DNA from: a bacterium
GTDB lineage: Bacteria; JADJOY01
DNA: 40,374 nt
Direction: 5' to 3'
NCBI GenBank assembly: GCA_046331705.1
Contig: JAXLQJ010000025.1
Location: 62,001 to 102,374, forward strand
Each line of letters opens with the position of its first letter. Position 1 is the stretch's first letter. The notes under the pieces are model-generated. The model saw only the letters and a list, made by a program, of their open reading frames with translations, ran no database searches and was not told the DNA's origin. This document shows positions 38,088 through 40,374 of this stretch, piece after piece. The position numbers were made by a program, and so were the translations under genes.

Positions 38088-38935
38088 GACGCTTTCCCCG
38101 CGGGACGCGCCAGGAGCGCCAGCGCCAGCTTGAGCACCGGGTCGATGAGCCGCTCGGGCAGCGCGCTGAGGAGCGTGCGGCTCCAGTCGGGACGGACCGA
38201 ATAGCAGGCGCGCGGATGACGCGTGGTGAGCGCTTCGAAGACGACCGCGGCGAGCAGCACGGGATCGTGGGCCTTTGCCTGCTCGCGCAAGGTCAGATGC
38301 TTGAGCTGGGTGAGGAGCTCCTTGAAGTTGGCGGAGCTCGCAGCGAGCCGGGTGAAGCGCTCCTCGACTCCCGCGACCATCGAGGTGCGAAACGGGCCGG
38401 GCTGGATCTTGATGACGGGAACGTCGAGGAACATGAGCTCGCGACGCAACGAGTCGGTGTAGGCCTCGACCGCGTACTTGCTCAGCGTGTAGGCACCCAC
38501 GAAGGGCATGGGTGTCTGCCAGCCCTGCTCGGAGCTGATGTCGACGATCCGTCCCTTGCGGGCGAGCACCAACGGGAACAACGCCTTGTTGACGCGAAAC
38601 GTGCCCAGCACGTTCACGTCGACGGCGCGCTGCACGACCTCTTCCTCGATCTCCACCAACGAGCCGATGGCGAGGATGCCCGCGAAGTTGACGACGCCGT
38701 CGAGCCCGTCACAGCGCTCGCTCACGGCGTCCCGCGCGGCCTCGACGCTCGCCGTCCGGGTCACGTCGAGGGGGATGGCGGTGACGTTCGGGTGGGCGGC
38801 GACGGCAGCCAGCGCGTCCGTCGACAGATCCGCCGCGAACACCCGCCAATCGCGATCCGCCAGGTACCGCACGGTGGCGGCGCCGAGGCCGCCCGCCGCG
38901 CCCGTCACGAACGCCGTCTTGGATGGCTGACCCAT
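38084..38935 (-). CDS. Short-chain dehydrogenase/reductase (17beta-HSD/RDH-like)
   Basis: VTGAAGGLG, VNFAGI, ISS, YTLSK and QPGPFRT motifs; 3' part of ORF 38084..40348. Confidence 0.9.
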   Translation of the reverse strand: MGQPSKTAFVTGAAGGLGAATVRYLADRDWRVFAADLSTDALAAVAAHPNVTAIPLDVTRTASVEAARDAVSERCDGLDGVVNFAGILAIGSLVEIEEEVVQRAVDVNVLGTFRVNKALFPLVLARKGRIVDISSEQGWQTPMPFVGAYTLSKYAVEAYTDSLRRELMFLDVPVIKIQPGPFRTSMVAGVEERFTRLAASSANFKELLTQLKHLTLREQAKAHDPVLLAAVVFEALTTRHPRACYSVRPDWSRTLLSALPERLIDPVLKLALALLARPAGKAS

Positions 38936-39024
38936 GCGCTCCCCCGTCGCGAGCGTTGGCTCTCGGGCTCGCGGCGGGAAGTGTCGCACGCGCAGCGAGC
39001 GCGCGGAGGGATCGGCGAGCGCGA

Positions 39025-39924
39025 TCAGAGATCCACGAAGTTCCACTTGCAGGTGTCGAGGGCGAGGTCGACGAAGGTGCGGACGTTGGCGGAGAGCAAC
39101 CGTGAGGTCGGAAACACCAGCTGGATCGGCGCCGGCGGTGGCTCGTACCTCGACAGCACCACCTCGAGCCTGCCCGCCTTCACCGCGTCCACCACCTGGT
39201 ACGCGAGAACCGTGGTCAGCCCGCCGCCCCGCTCCGCGAACGCGATCGCGGCGTCGGCGCTGTTGGTGACGAAGCTGGGGGTCACGGCGACTCGCTCCTC
39301 GCGGCCGTCGCGAACGAACTTCCAATCGCGGCTGGGCGTGAGCGCGGTGCACTGGATGATCGCGTGGGCCGCGAGATCCTTGGGCGCGCGGGGCTTCTTC
39401 CGCGCAGCGAGATAGCTCGGTGCGGCGACCACCACCCGCCGCGTCGCACCGACTCTGCGCGCCACCAGCGTCGAGTCGTCGAGCACGGCGATGCGCACCG
39501 CCACGTCCACTCCTTCCTCGACCAGATTCACCATGCGGTCGGCGAGGGTGAGCTCGCCGCTGACCGCCGGGTAGCGCGCGAGGAAATCGCAGAGCAGCGG
39601 CGCGACCGCGCGGCGGCCGAAGACGTTGGGGGCGGCGACCACGAAGCGTCCGCTGGGCTGGCTGCGCTCGGCGCGGGCCGACCGCTCGGCCTCGTCGACG
39701 TCGGCCAGGATGCGTCGCGCGCGTTCGAGGTAGCGGGCGCCGCCGGTCGTGAGCGTGACCGAGCGTGTGGTGCGGTGAAGCAAGCGGATCTCGAGCCGCT
39801 CTTCGAGTGCCGCGACCAGGCGCGTGACGGTTGCGGGAGAGCAGCGGAGCCGTCGCGCCGCGGCGGCGAACCCGCGCAGCTCGGCGACGGAGACGAAGGC
39901 GGTCATCGCGTCGAGTCGGTCCAT
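39025..39924 (-). CDS. LysR-family transcriptional regulator (CrgA-like)
   Basis: MDRLDAMTAF..VAE..GFAAAARRL HTH, LEERL..RLLHRTTRS and NLVEEGVDVAVRI motifs. Confidence 0.95.
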   Translation of the reverse strand: MDRLDAMTAFVSVAELRGFAAAARRLRCSPATVTRLVAALEERLEIRLLHRTTRSVTLTTGGARYLERARRILADVDEAERSARAERSQPSGRFVVAAPNVFGRRAVAPLLCDFLARYPAVSGELTLADRMVNLVEEGVDVAVRIAVLDDSTLVARRVGATRRVVVAAPSYLAARKKPRAPKDLAAHAIIQCTALTPSRDWKFVRDGREERVAVTPSFVTNSADAAIAFAERGGGLTTVLAYQVVDAVKAGRLEVVLSRYEPPPAPIQLVFPTSRLLSANVRTFVDLALDTCKWNFVDL

Positions 39925-39927
39925 GGA

Positions 39928-39950
39928 ACCATTGCAGATCACGCAATGGT
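39928..39950. promoter_or_regulatory. LysR recognition site (T-N11-A palindrome)
   Basis: ACCATTGC-AGATCAC-GCAATGGT, a perfect 8-bp inverted repeat next to the lysR start in the divergent intergenic region. Confidence 0.7.
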
Positions 39951-40054
39951 GTTCTGTCAATCGCGCCGATTGTTTCAGCCCGTACGAGGCGCGATGGTGC
40001 CGGGCATCCGGTGCTGGCCCGCACCAGCCGCGCGCCGGACGAAGGGAGACGGCC

Positions 40055-40374
40055 ATGGCCGAGGAACGAGCATTCACGAGCGACGTGGCGTTCACGCCGG
40101 CGGTGAAGGAAGTCCAGCTCCGCAAGGGCTCCCGGGCGACCTACGCCCGCATGGAACGGGGGCGCGGGTTCGCCACCGACATCGACGACGATCTCGCCGC
40201 GTTCATCGCCGCGCAGACTAGCTTCTTCCTGGCCACCGCCAGCGCGCGCGGCCAGCCCTACGTCCAGCATCGCGGCGGACCACCGGGATTTCTCCACGTT
40301 CTCGATCCGCGCACGCTCGCGTTCGCCGACTTCCGAGGCAATCGCCAATACGTGAGCCAGGGCAACCTCACCGA
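40055..40374 (+). CDS. Pyridoxamine 5'-phosphate oxidase family (FMN-binding) protein, partial
   Basis: Not in the ORF track because it runs off the end: MAEERAFTSDVAFTPAVKEVQ.RKGSR..Y...SFFLATA...GQPYVQHRGGPPGFL.VLD...LAFADFRGNRQYVSQGNL. Confidence 0.9.
   Translation, partial: MAEERAFTSDVAFTPAVKEVQLRKGSRATYARMERGRGFATDIDDDLAAFIAAQTSFFLATASARGQPYVQHRGGPPGFLHVLDPRTLAFADFRGNRQYVSQGNLT

Noticed and set aside
1..40374. CRISPR array, tRNA/rRNA, transposase/integrase, prophage or known defence operon
   Set aside because: I saw no regularly spaced repeats, RNA-gene signatures, or mobile-element or defence motifs by eye.

Overview
GC-rich bacterial chromosomal segment. A Myxococcota or related deltaproteobacterial origin is inferred from the myxobacterial-type PilZ domain and the gene content. 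It holds about 34 real genes among many shadow ORFs; I found no rRNA, tRNA, CRISPR array or mobile element. Left to right: a partial beta-propeller lipoprotein under a sigma54-type promoter (missed by the ORF track); two 2-oxoacid:ferredoxin oxidoreductase operons (POR-type gamma/delta-alpha-beta, then KorAB-type); a lipoprotein; a radical SAM enzyme; an antisense methyltransferase sharing a CATG start with an acyl-CoA dehydrogenase; a DUF2961/GH172-like lipoprotein; a tandem PilZ protein; a four-gene exported redox module (DUF6599-like, Tat-DUF362, membrane polyferredoxin with an internal twin-arginine motif, Tat aldo/keto reductase with Fe-S cysteines); an alpha/beta hydrolase; a split Aer-like PAS + MCP pair; a ferritin-like diiron protein behind a CRP/FNR-like box; an envelope block (YbaY-MliC, methyltransferase, GT4, DUF4239, Kazal lipoprotein, GT-C); a neutral-lipid block (SDRs, FAR-like reductase, hydrolase, WS/DGAT, tandem GNAT); and a LysR / pyridoxamine-5'-phosphate-oxidase-family divergent pair. 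Family calls come from motif recognition only; no searches were run.
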